NCBI GenBank assembly: GCA_001029675.1
Contig: CP011210.1
Coordinates: 907,280-946,890, forward strand
Reading direction: 5' to 3'
Length of the DNA: 39,611 nt
Source: Candidatus Beckwithbacteria bacterium GW2011_GWC1_49_16
GTDB taxonomy: Bacteria > Patescibacteriota > Microgenomatia > UBA1400 > CG1-02-47-37
In this document: positions 14,839 through 23,498 of the stretch, in pieces
Position numbering within the stretch: the stretch's first letter is position 1
Layout of the letters: each line of letters starts with the position of its first letter
The notes under the pieces: generated by a model
What the model was told of the DNA's origin: nothing
Database searches by the model: none
Seen by the model: the letters and a program-made list of their open reading frames with translations, nothing else
Translations under genes and position numbers: made by a program

Positions 14839-17013
14839 TTATTCTTGGAGTTCAAGCTTAATGATAATGTTTTTTTTGGCCCGAGGTAAAGTTTTAGATT
14901 TACCGGGAAGCTTGGGGCTTAAGGCAATGTCGGCTTTGACAAAATTTGGCAGGCTGGCTAAGTAGTCCTGGACTTCCTGGGTGGAACGGCCGGCGAGCTG
15001 ATTTTTCATCTCGCTAAAGTCGAGTTTGGGAATAAGCTTGGCGGCATAAACCACGTCGGCGATGGCCGACCCGTCCGAATTGAGACTGGCTGGTTTCAAG
15101 TCAAATTTGCTTTCGGGTGAGACTTGAAAATTTTCGGGAACTTTTTCTTTGACGGCTTCTTGAAGCAGAAGAGTTAGGTCGGTAGAGCGAAAAGCAAGGG
15201 CGGTGTAGCTAAACTCGCCTTCAAGAGTGAGGCTGTCGGTTTCTTCGTCAACGTCGTGGCTGAAGCTGGCGTCTAAAAGATCCTCTTGGTCCTGGCGCTT
15301 GACTAGGCTTTTCTCTCCGTTAAACTGTTGGTTGATGTTGTCTTGAGCCTGAGATAAAAGTTCCTGACTAAGCTTTGATAAAAGATCCTGTCGGTCGGCT
15401 TCGGAAACAGCCTTGACTTCGCGAGCCGAACCGCCGGAAAGACCAGAATCGGTCTTGGCATAAAAATCGTCTTCGGAAAACTGCCTAAAGGTTAGCTTGG
15501 TGTCGGCCGAAAGATTTCCCTCCGGACCGATGGACTTGGCGGAGACGTTGCCCGTAGCTTTACCCGGGGTAATGGTGATGACGCCTTCGCTGTCTTCTTC
15601 CGAAGAGCGCGAGGCAACGGTGGTGTCTTCGTCGAGGGTAAAAGCTAGGTTGTCTGGGCCGATCAGGGTGGTACCGGAGGGAAAAGCCTTACTAGATGAA
15701 GTTTTGTTAAAAATGGTGACGGCTCCTGTGGCTAACTCGCCCACAACGTTACTACCGGTGGTAGGGGCAGATTCTTGGCCGGATACCGAAACGTCGACGT
15801 TTTGGGCCGGGACAATATTTTCTTCGACGTTTTGGGTTTCGGCGTCGGGGTCAAAAGTAGCGGTGAGGTTGGCCTCGATGGTTTTTGGTTCCATGACTAA
15901 AGTTATGGTGGCTTTGGGGATGTACCAATAGGCGGCGGAAACTGCCGAAAACAGGAGGAAAAAGATGATCGCAGCCAATAAAGCCCGCGGCCTGCGGCTG
16001 CCGAGTTTGGCGGCTAAGCTTTTAACCATGGTAAAAACAGAGCTAAGTTTTAAAACAAAAGACTTTCCTGTGGTTTCGGTTGTCGGCTCGGGCTCGGGTG
16101 TTTCCGGGACAACCGGCTCGGCGGTTTGGGGGATGATTTTCTCGGCCACGTCTTGGTCGGCGACAAAACCTAAATCTGAAGCTATCGGTTTAACTTCTGA
16201 CTCTTTTTTAGGTGTTGTTGGTTCGGAAGAGGCGGGTTTTGAAGGAGTAATAGTAAAACCTAATGATTTGGCCACTTCGCTGCCGCCAGACAAAGCCACG
16301 GCTTTGATGGAGGCTTCCTGGGGTAAAACCTCGACTTTAGGGAAGTGAATAAAGGGTAATTTTTTCTCCCAATCGTACGAAGTTAGCTGTTGTCTCGCCT
16401 CCTCAAAGTCGAGGTTGCCGTCGTAAAGGATCATTCTTGAGGGTAAGGTATCGACCTCACTAAAGCGAGACAGAGCTTCTTCGACATCGGCCCCTAAGTC
16501 GTTGCTTCTGCCAACAAGCTGGCTGCCGACGACCTTGCCCAGTTTGACTAAATTTAGGTTTACCCCGCTGGGGTCGATTTGGATAAAAATGGCGCTGACC
16601 GGGGCCCCCTCTTCAATTTTTAAGTAGGCAATTAAAGCCGTCGCGGTAACCACGAAACCTAAAGGTTTTAGTTCCAGCTGGCTGCAGAGAGTTTTTAGAA
16701 GAGATTTTTTTTCTTTGGCGATGCCGGCTTCTTCCTGCCAAGACTCGGGTAAACCAAAGATGGCGCCGGAGGGTTCTTGGCTTAAGTTTTCCGAAGCTTG
16801 AGAGATCGATTGATCGACGGCTTCTAAAAGTTTACGGGCGTCTTGGCCGTCCCAGTTTTCGACCGAGCCGACTTTGACCACTTTGGTTTGCCCACCCTCG
16901 ACGGTCCAGACGGCGCTTTTGACGGAGTCGGCGTCTATCTCGATGGCGAAAAAATACTCGGGGGGGTTATTGGGTTCGCCCTTGATTTTGGTCAATAGAT
17001 TGGTGATTGCCAT
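14839..17013 (-). CDS. Large membrane protein: possible actin-like (FtsA/PilM-type) cytoplasmic N-domain, Pro/Thr-rich linker, one TM helix, ~370-aa C-terminal domain predicted extracytoplasmic
   Basis: 724 aa. The N-terminal ~230 aa loosely follow an FtsA/PilM-like pattern (FFAIEIDADSVKSAVW..., GFVVTATALIAYL, AIFIQIDPSGVNLNLVKLG). The linker is PSKPASSEPTTPKKESE...PETPEPEPTTE and the TM helix ALLAAIIFFLLFSAVSAAYWYI. The family assignment is tentative. Confidence 0.6.
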   Translation of the reverse strand: MAITNLLTKIKGEPNNPPEYFFAIEIDADSVKSAVWTVEGGQTKVVKVGSVENWDGQDARKLLEAVDQSISQASENLSQEPSGAIFGLPESWQEEAGIAKEKKSLLKTLCSQLELKPLGFVVTATALIAYLKIEEGAPVSAIFIQIDPSGVNLNLVKLGKVVGSQLVGRSNDLGADVEEALSRFSEVDTLPSRMILYDGNLDFEEARQQLTSYDWEKKLPFIHFPKVEVLPQEASIKAVALSGGSEVAKSLGFTITPSKPASSEPTTPKKESEVKPIASDLGFVADQDVAEKIIPQTAEPVVPETPEPEPTTETTGKSFVLKLSSVFTMVKSLAAKLGSRRPRALLAAIIFFLLFSAVSAAYWYIPKATITLVMEPKTIEANLTATFDPDAETQNVEENIVPAQNVDVSVSGQESAPTTGSNVVGELATGAVTIFNKTSSSKAFPSGTTLIGPDNLAFTLDEDTTVASRSSEEDSEGVITITPGKATGNVSAKSIGPEGNLSADTKLTFRQFSEDDFYAKTDSGLSGGSAREVKAVSEADRQDLLSKLSQELLSQAQDNINQQFNGEKSLVKRQDQEDLLDASFSHDVDEETDSLTLEGEFSYTALAFRSTDLTLLLQEAVKEKVPENFQVSPESKFDLKPASLNSDGSAIADVVYAAKLIPKLDFSEMKNQLAGRSTQEVQDYLASLPNFVKADIALSPKLPGKSKTLPRAKKNIIIKLELQE

Positions 17014-18811
17014 GGTTTAGCCTAGCATAAAGTCGCCTGAGACCGGCGCCTAAGTTTTTTTGCTTATAAATTCTAACACTGCCTATTTTGCCTGTCGAGG
17101 TAACGTGAGGGCCGCCGCAAAATTCTTTGGAAAACCAACCTTGGTTAAGGTCGCGGCCTACGGTGTAGACGGTGACTTTGTCAGGATAGGTTTCTTTAAA
17201 AAATGCCATGGCGCCTGACTTTAAAGCTTGGTTTTTAGCTTCGATGGTTTTTTTTACCGGCAGGTCCTCGGTGATTTTTTGATTAACCAGATCTTCAACT
17301 TTTTTGATTTCTTCGTCGGCGAGAACCCTGGGGTGGGCAAAATCAAAGCGAAGGCGCTCGGCAGTGATATGGCTACCTTCCTGGCGGACGTGGTCGCCTA
17401 GGACTTTTTTCAAGGCGGCATGGAGCAGATGGGTGGCGGTATGGAGCTTGGTGGTAGCCTCCGAGTGATCGGCCAGACCGCCTTTAAACATGCCGGTCGA
17501 GACAGTACGGGAAAGATCCTGGTGTTTTTTAACATATTCGTCGAAAACGCCTTTGTCCAACTTGATGCCTCTTTGTTGGGCTAACTCTTGAGTAATCTCA
17601 AATGGCATGCCGTACGTAGCCAAGGATTTGAAAGCAAAACGCTCGTTAATTTGATTCGGGCTGGTTTTATTAAATTCTTTCAAACCCCTGGTGATTGTCT
17701 GCCTAAACTTGTCTATTTCTTGAGTGATGGTTTGGTTAATTTCTGGAATTTTTTTATCTATTAATGGATATGTTTTGGTGTAGGGCGAAGCTAAAAGAGG
17801 CAGGGTGTTTGACAACCACTCGTCTTGCTCCATGCCTAGCTTTCGAGCCTGAACCATTGAGCGACGGATCAGTCGGCGTAAAATGTAACCCCTGTCTTTG
17901 TTTGACGGCTCGACTCCGCCGGCTGCCATAAAGACGGCGGCTCTTAAGTGGTCGACTATCACCCTGTATGGCAAAGGGTCTTGGTTATAGGCGGGGCCAG
18001 ACTTTTTAACAACTTCTAAGTTTTTTACGGCTTCGGAAAATAATTCTATCTGAAAAATGTCGGGCTGGTTTTGACTGGCGGCGGTAAGGCGTTCGAGGCC
18101 GCCGCCAAAGTCGACGTTTTGGGCGGGGAGTTTTTTAAGCCCTTGCTTCGTTTTTTCATATTCCATGAAGACGGTGTTGCCGATTTCTAAAAAGCGGCCG
18201 CAGTCGCAGTTGGGGTGACAAGCTTTGCCATACTTGGTGTTGTGGTCGACGCTGTCGAACTCAAAAAAAACTTCTGAGGTGGGGCCGCCGATTTCTCCCT
18301 CCGGCATTTCTTCCGGTGTGCCGGCGCGGGACCACCAGTTTTTTTTGGCTTCATACCAGTAAATTTTGTTTTCGGGGACACCGAGTTTTTTCCAGACTTT
18401 AAGCGATTCTTGGTCGCGAGGGACTTGGCTTGAACCCTTAAACAGACTGATATAGAGTCTGGCTTTGGGCAGCTTAAGCTCGTGGGTTAAAAATTCCCAG
18501 AACCAGGGAAGTTGGTCTTGTTTAAAATAGTCCCCCAAGCTCCAATTGCCCAACATCTCAAAAAAGGTAGTGTGGCGGTTGTCGCCGACTTCATCGATGT
18601 CTTCGGCCCTGAAACAGGGCTGGGAATCGACCAGGCGCCGGCCCATGGGGTGAATCTGACCTTTTAAATACGGCACCAGTGGCTGCATGCCCGAGTTGGT
18701 AAATAAAGTGGTGGGGTCGTCGGCGGGAACCAGAGGGGCCGGGGGGATAATCTGATGGTCTTTGGCTTTAAAAAAGGCCAAATACTTTTGGCGAATGGTA
18801 CTTGCCGTCAT
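16967..18811 (-). CDS. alaS: Alanine--tRNA ligase (short form, no C-Ala domain)
   Basis: IRQKYLAFFKAKDHQIIPPAPLVP..DPTTLFTNSGMQP..., editing-domain HTATHLLHAAL and CGGPHV motifs. 614 aa, ending soon after the editing domain. Overlaps the downstream ORF by 47 nt. Confidence 0.95.
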   Translation of the reverse strand: MTASTIRQKYLAFFKAKDHQIIPPAPLVPADDPTTLFTNSGMQPLVPYLKGQIHPMGRRLVDSQPCFRAEDIDEVGDNRHTTFFEMLGNWSLGDYFKQDQLPWFWEFLTHELKLPKARLYISLFKGSSQVPRDQESLKVWKKLGVPENKIYWYEAKKNWWSRAGTPEEMPEGEIGGPTSEVFFEFDSVDHNTKYGKACHPNCDCGRFLEIGNTVFMEYEKTKQGLKKLPAQNVDFGGGLERLTAASQNQPDIFQIELFSEAVKNLEVVKKSGPAYNQDPLPYRVIVDHLRAAVFMAAGGVEPSNKDRGYILRRLIRRSMVQARKLGMEQDEWLSNTLPLLASPYTKTYPLIDKKIPEINQTITQEIDKFRQTITRGLKEFNKTSPNQINERFAFKSLATYGMPFEITQELAQQRGIKLDKGVFDEYVKKHQDLSRTVSTGMFKGGLADHSEATTKLHTATHLLHAALKKVLGDHVRQEGSHITAERLRFDFAHPRVLADEEIKKVEDLVNQKITEDLPVKKTIEAKNQALKSGAMAFFKETYPDKVTVYTVGRDLNQGWFSKEFCGGPHVTSTGKIGSVRIYKQKNLGAGLRRLYARLNHGNHQSIDQNQGRTQ

Positions 18812-19158
18812 GACAGCTTCCGACCGGAACGGAGAAAGAATTTTTTCTTGGGGCTTGGGGGTGGGGTTGATTTTGGCCTGGAAGGGGATTTGATAGTTGG
18901 GGGGTTAACTTCCAGTTGTTTTTGGAAGATTTTGGCTTGACGGCGGGTTTGACTGACGACGTTTTTAAGGTGGCCAATTATTTCATCGTAGTTGTCGGTC
19001 AAATCTTTTTTAATCTTTTTGCCTTGCTTGGTATGGTAGAGAAATAAAGCGCCGCCGGCAACGAGAGCGCCAGCCGCGAGCCCTGAAATATAGCCGATGG
19101 AACGCCTACTTTTTGTGAACAGATTTTTCCTGCTTCTTTTTGACAATCTCGCCGGCAA
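18808..19158 (-). CDS. YtxH-like membrane protein
   Basis: IGYISGLAAGALVAGGALFLYHTKQGKKIKKDLTDNYDEIIGHLKNV resembles the YtxH domain. Its stop overlaps the alaS start (ATGA). The true start is uncertain because the ORF overlaps 19106..19390 by 53 nt. Confidence 0.55.
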   Translation of the reverse strand: MPARLSKRSRKNLFTKSRRSIGYISGLAAGALVAGGALFLYHTKQGKKIKKDLTDNYDEIIGHLKNVVSQTRRQAKIFQKQLEVNPPTIKSPSRPKSTPPPSPKKKFFLRSGRKLS

Positions 19159-19390
19159 GCTCGACCAACTTGGTCCCCTTTCTTAAACCGGAGATAAACT
19201 CGGAAGCGTGCTCAATGGGCTCGGCAACGGAACTGGAAATGCGTTTAAAATCATCCAGCATGGCGTTAGTTTTTTCCAAGGATTTTTTAACCTGGTCTAA
19301 AATGCGGAAGACATAAATGGAAAAAATTACTACCAAAATGGTAAGAACAATGACGACGACTACCAGGATAATTTGCGATAAGGTGAGCAT
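19106..19390 (-). CDS. DUF948-like small membrane protein
   Basis: 94 aa with an N-terminal TM helix (IILVVVVIVLTILVVIFSIYVF) followed by a helical region. This resembles the ytxG/DUF948 type that precedes ytxH in Firmicutes. Confidence 0.5.
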   Translation of the reverse strand: MLTLSQIILVVVVIVLTILVVIFSIYVFRILDQVKKSLEKTNAMLDDFKRISSSVAEPIEHASEFISGLRKGTKLVELAGEIVKKKQEKSVHKK

Positions 19391-19438
19391 ATAGTATCAG
19401 TTTAATGGCTAGGGCGGGTTTGTCAATTAGTCTCTCGA

Positions 19439-20068
19439 CTAGTTAGCAATAATTATGTGGCGGGAAACGACAGTGGTTTTTTGGCGGCGGGAGGTAGCTT
19501 CAAAGATTAAGCTGACGGCGCCGGCTGGGCCCTGGTAAACGGTGGTAAAGCTGCCGTCTGGCTCCAGGTTTACCAATTTGCCGTTTAGGGTTAACTTAGC
19601 GTCGTGGTCGGTTTGGCCTTTAACCAGTACGGGGCTAACCACTTCATCGCTCTCTTTGGGGGTAGCGACGGTAAGACCGGGTGGTTGATAGAGATTAAAA
19701 AGAGACAGGCCCAAGTAGCCGAGGAAAAAAACCAAGCCGACGCCTAAAACTAAAAAAGTTCTAAAATTGGTTAAAAATCTAGGCTTGTCCAATGGATGGG
19801 TTAAGCCGGAAGGAAGTACAGATTTCTTTTGTTGTTTTTGGTAGTCGCGGCGAAACAAAGCCACGGTCTTTTGGGGATTTAGCCCTAAAAAATTGGCATA
19901 GTTTTTCAAAAAGCCCTTGATATAGGTTTCGGCAGGGAGCTTGGCAAAGTGATTTTTCTCCAGGGCTCTCAAAACTTCTTGGGGAATTTTGGTTTGGCGA
20001 GAAACTTGAGTCAGGGTAAGCTTTTTGTCAAGCCGGGCAGTCAGGAGGGTTTGTCCGCAACTGATCAT
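19439..20068 (-). CDS. rodZ: RodZ-like helix-turn-helix membrane protein
   Basis: GQTLLTARLDKKLTLTQVSRQTKIPQEVLRALEKNHFAKLPAETYIKGFLKNYANFLGLNP is the RodZ-type HTH. A TM helix and a beta-rich C-domain follow. Confidence 0.75.
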   Translation of the reverse strand: MISCGQTLLTARLDKKLTLTQVSRQTKIPQEVLRALEKNHFAKLPAETYIKGFLKNYANFLGLNPQKTVALFRRDYQKQQKKSVLPSGLTHPLDKPRFLTNFRTFLVLGVGLVFFLGYLGLSLFNLYQPPGLTVATPKESDEVVSPVLVKGQTDHDAKLTLNGKLVNLEPDGSFTTVYQGPAGAVSLIFEATSRRQKTTVVSRHIIIAN

Positions 20069-20074
20069 AAAAGA

Positions 20075-22174
20075 CTACTCTTGGGTTTGGCGTTGAGCCA
20101 GAAAGGCGTCGGGGTTTTTAATCAAGACCTCGCGGGCCTTGGAGCCTTCGGCCGGGCCGACAGCGCCGGCGCGTTCTAATTGATCCAAAATGCGGGCGGC
20201 ACGGGCATAGCCTATAGACAAGCGGCGCTGCAAGAGCGAGGCGGATGCTCTGTCGTAGCGGCAGATAACTTTGGCGGCCGGTTCAAACAGCTCGTCGACT
20301 TCTTCATCCGATACGCCGGGGGCGCCGGGAGCTTTGGCTTGGTATTTGGCAGTGACCTCTTGGGTGTACTCGACCGCGACGCCGGATTTTTTAAGAAAAT
20401 CGATGAGCTTTTTGGTGTCCTTGTCAGGGATAAATGTTCCCTGGATACGGGTGGGTTTAGCTTGGTCGGGAGGAATATAGAGCATGTCGCCGCGGCCCAA
20501 GAGTTTTTCGGCGCCGGGCATGTCGATGATAACCCGAGAGTCGACCATGGAGTTGACGTTGAAGGCGATGCGGCAGTTGATGTTGGCTTTGATTAAACCG
20601 GTGATGACGTCTACCGAGGGGCGCTGAGTCGCCAGAACCAGGTGGATGCCGGTAGCCCGAGCCATTTGGGCTAAACGGGTGATGGTGTCCTCGACCTCGG
20701 AAGGGGCAAAGAGCATAATGTCGGCCAATTCGTCGATGACAATGACTAGGTAGGGCATGGCTTGGAAGCCGGAGAGTTCGTTGTAGTCGGCGATGTTTTT
20801 GGCGCCGACCTCGGCAAAGACGCGGTATCTTCTTTCCATCTCGCCGATGGCCCACTTTAAAGCAGCGACGACTTTTTCCGGCTCGACGATAACCGGAGTC
20901 AACAGATGGGGAATATCATTAAAGTGGGTCAGCTCGACTCTCTTGGGGTCGACCAAAATGAACTTGACTTCGCTAGGGCTGGCTCGAAAAAGCAAGGTGG
21001 CGATCATGGAGTTGATGCAAACTGATTTGCCCGATCCGGTGGCGCCGGCGATTAAAATGTGGGGCATACGGTCGATGTCGGCGACGATCGAGGTGCCGGA
21101 AACATCCAACCCCAAAGAGAAAGCCAGCTTGGAAGAGTTGTTTTTGAGTTGTTTGTCCTCGAGGATTTTTTTCAAAGGAACGATCTCCAAAGAGCGGTTA
21201 GGGAGCTCTAAACCAACCAGGGAGCGGCCGGGGATGGGGGCTTCGATACGGATCTGGCCGCGGGGGGCGGCCAAAGCCAGTGCCAAGTCGTTTTGCAAGC
21301 TGGTGACCTTAGAAAGTTTGGTACCGGAAGCAATTCTGATGCCATACTGGGTGACGGCGGGGCCGTTGTTGACTTCGACCACTTTGGCTTTGATGCCAAA
21401 ACTTTCCAGGGTTTCCTCAATAATGGCGGCGTTTTGTTTGACGTCTCCCCTGTCGGCTTTGGCGCCTTTGTCGTCGGAGAGTAGTGTCAAGGGAGGATAA
21501 TGCCACATTTTTTGCTGGGAGCCGGGCACCGGGGGGCTTGGTTTTGGGGCGTCGAGTTTAAGTTCAGGCACTGGGGCTAAAGCTTCTTGTCCGCCGGAGT
21601 CTAAACCCTTAACGGTAAACTCGGGTTCGCCTTCATTAAGCTGCGGCCGCGGGCGGGCCTGGCCTAAAAGCCCAAAGAGGTTTTTGAGTTTTTGGGTGGT
21701 GGCGGACAGCCATAAAAGAACGTCTTCAAGGCTCGTTTCAAAGATAATTACAAAGCTGACAAAGATGCCGGCGGTGAGCACTAAAGCGGCGCCGGTTGTA
21801 AAAATCAGCTCAGCCAGCGTATCCCAAAGCTCTCGGCCGACGCTGCCGGCGCGGGTGAGGCTGACGGCAGAAAAAAGCAAAATCAGACTGCCGATAAAAA
21901 CGTTGGGCTTGGTGACGCGCCATTTTAAGCGGGTGAGCATCAACCCGGCGGCGACAAACAAGAAAGGTAATAAAAATATACCCCAGCCAAAAAGGGCGGA
22001 AAAATAATTGAAAATTATCAGTAAAAAGGGACTTTGGCGGGAAAGCGACACCATGATCAAGGCACCCACGAGGATCAAACCCGTAGACGACAGGGTGTAG
22101 ACGGTTTCTTTGGGCAGCTTCAATTTAAAGGCTTGTTTGCGCCTCCCCTTGGTAGAGCGTCTTTTCTTAGCCAT
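20075..22174 (-). CDS. ftsK: DNA translocase FtsK
   Basis: N-terminal TM helices, Walker A GATGSGKS, Walker B VIVIDELADIM, and a C-terminal gamma-domain-like winged helix (SASLLQRRLSIGYARAARILDQLERAG). Confidence 0.95.
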   Translation of the reverse strand: MAKKRRSTKGRRKQAFKLKLPKETVYTLSSTGLILVGALIMVSLSRQSPFLLIIFNYFSALFGWGIFLLPFLFVAAGLMLTRLKWRVTKPNVFIGSLILLFSAVSLTRAGSVGRELWDTLAELIFTTGAALVLTAGIFVSFVIIFETSLEDVLLWLSATTQKLKNLFGLLGQARPRPQLNEGEPEFTVKGLDSGGQEALAPVPELKLDAPKPSPPVPGSQQKMWHYPPLTLLSDDKGAKADRGDVKQNAAIIEETLESFGIKAKVVEVNNGPAVTQYGIRIASGTKLSKVTSLQNDLALALAAPRGQIRIEAPIPGRSLVGLELPNRSLEIVPLKKILEDKQLKNNSSKLAFSLGLDVSGTSIVADIDRMPHILIAGATGSGKSVCINSMIATLLFRASPSEVKFILVDPKRVELTHFNDIPHLLTPVIVEPEKVVAALKWAIGEMERRYRVFAEVGAKNIADYNELSGFQAMPYLVIVIDELADIMLFAPSEVEDTITRLAQMARATGIHLVLATQRPSVDVITGLIKANINCRIAFNVNSMVDSRVIIDMPGAEKLLGRGDMLYIPPDQAKPTRIQGTFIPDKDTKKLIDFLKKSGVAVEYTQEVTAKYQAKAPGAPGVSDEEVDELFEPAAKVICRYDRASASLLQRRLSIGYARAARILDQLERAGAVGPAEGSKAREVLIKNPDAFLAQRQTQE

Positions 22175-23498
22175 CTTGTTTGACGCGAACGTCTTTTAAT
22201 TTAATGGTGGGGCCCAAATTGCCCTTGCCAGTGGAGTCAAACTCGACAATTTGGCCGGCTCGGGGGAGCATGACTTGGTGGGGAGAAAAGCCGACCTCGA
22301 TGGCCAACTCCTGGTAGCGCTTGAGGTGTCTAAAACCGCCGCCGATGGGATAAAGATAGTCAGGCGAAGTCAAAAGCATCAACAGCTGGAGTTCTTTGGC
22401 CGAGGCGTGCCCGGAAACGTGGAGGTCGTCATTGACCTCGCTGTAGGCCACAGAGACGTTTCTTTTGGCCAGCTCGTCGATGACCTGGAAAACCAACTGC
22501 TCGTTGCCGGGAATAATGTCGGCGGAGAAAATCACTTTGTCCCCCGGCTGGGGTTTTAACAGGCTGTGGTCGTTTTCGGCGTAGCGGGTCAAAGACGAGG
22601 TTTCTTGCCCCTGGCTGCCGGCGACAATAAGCGCTAAACGGCGAGCCGGGTAGCGCTTGATGGTTTTTTTGTTAATGACGGTATTTTTGGGCAACTTCAA
22701 GAAACCAAAGCGGACGGCGGTAGCAACGTTTCTTTCCAGGGAGCGGCCGATGAAAGCGACTTTTCTTTGATGGGAAGCAGCCACGTCGATTGCTTGCTGG
22801 ATGCGGTGGATGTTTGACGACATCGTGGTAAAAAGAAGTCTGCCGGGGCAGTGGCTTAATTCACGGTGAATGGCGGTGGTTAAAGTGCTCTCGGACTGAG
22901 AAAAGCCGGGGCGCTCGGAGCGCAAAGAGTCGGAGAGCAAGCAGAGAATGCCGCTGCGTGCCAGGTTGACGATTTTCTGAAAGTCGGGCGGTCTTTGGTC
23001 CAAGGGGGTTAAATCAAACTTAAAATCGCTGCCGTGGTAGATGGCGCCCACCGGTGTGGTGATGACAAAATGAAAGGTGTCGGGGACAGAGTGGGTAACC
23101 AAAATGGGCTCGACGGTAAAGGGACCCAGAGTCAGTCTGGCCGATTCTTTGATCGGAGTGATCTTATAGTTTTGGCGGTGTTCGGCTAGCCTGTCGGAGG
23201 CAAAAGCGGCGGTGAGGCGCGAGCCAAAAATAGGCAGTGAGGACAGCTGGGGTAAGATGTAAGGCAGGCCGGCCTGGTGATCGTCGTGGCCGTGGGTTAA
23301 AAGCAGACCGTGGAGGGTAAGCCTTTGATCTTTGAGATAAGAAATGTCGGGCAACAAAAGTTCGTCACTGGTTTTGTCCTCGGGAAAACCGATGCCGCAA
23401 TCGACGATGAGGGCATCTTGGCCCCACTGGTAGACAAACATGTTTTTAGTGACTGTGCCCGGGCCACCGCCCAAAGGAATGATTTGAAGTTTATTCAT
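22167..23498 (-). CDS. rnj: Ribonuclease J-like metallo-beta-lactamase / beta-CASP nuclease (short, 443 aa)
   Basis: LQIIPLGGG..., HGLLLTHGHDDHQAGLPYIL, and beta-CASP-type motifs through ...DLHVSGHASAKEL. It appears to lack the usual C-terminal domain. Confidence 0.8.
   Translation of the reverse strand: MNKLQIIPLGGGPGTVTKNMFVYQWGQDALIVDCGIGFPEDKTSDELLLPDISYLKDQRLTLHGLLLTHGHDDHQAGLPYILPQLSSLPIFGSRLTAAFASDRLAEHRQNYKITPIKESARLTLGPFTVEPILVTHSVPDTFHFVITTPVGAIYHGSDFKFDLTPLDQRPPDFQKIVNLARSGILCLLSDSLRSERPGFSQSESTLTTAIHRELSHCPGRLLFTTMSSNIHRIQQAIDVAASHQRKVAFIGRSLERNVATAVRFGFLKLPKNTVINKKTIKRYPARRLALIVAGSQGQETSSLTRYAENDHSLLKPQPGDKVIFSADIIPGNEQLVFQVIDELAKRNVSVAYSEVNDDLHVSGHASAKELQLLMLLTSPDYLYPIGGGFRHLKRYQELAIEVGFSPHQVMLPRAGQIVEFDSTGKGNLGPTIKLKDVRVKQDG

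Noticed and set aside
19391-19438. TTGACA (minus strand, 19426-19421) upstream of the DUF948-like gene as a promoter
   Set aside because: I found no reasonable -10 hexamer at 15-19 nt spacing. The only TACTAT abuts the ATG, so I left it unannotated.
20180-21500. ORFs 20180..20596(+), 20457..20855(-), 20793..21500(+) and 21208..21420(-) inside ftsK
   Set aside because: They are shadows of ftsK. Their Arg/His/Pro- or Ser/Leu-rich translations have no recognisable domains.
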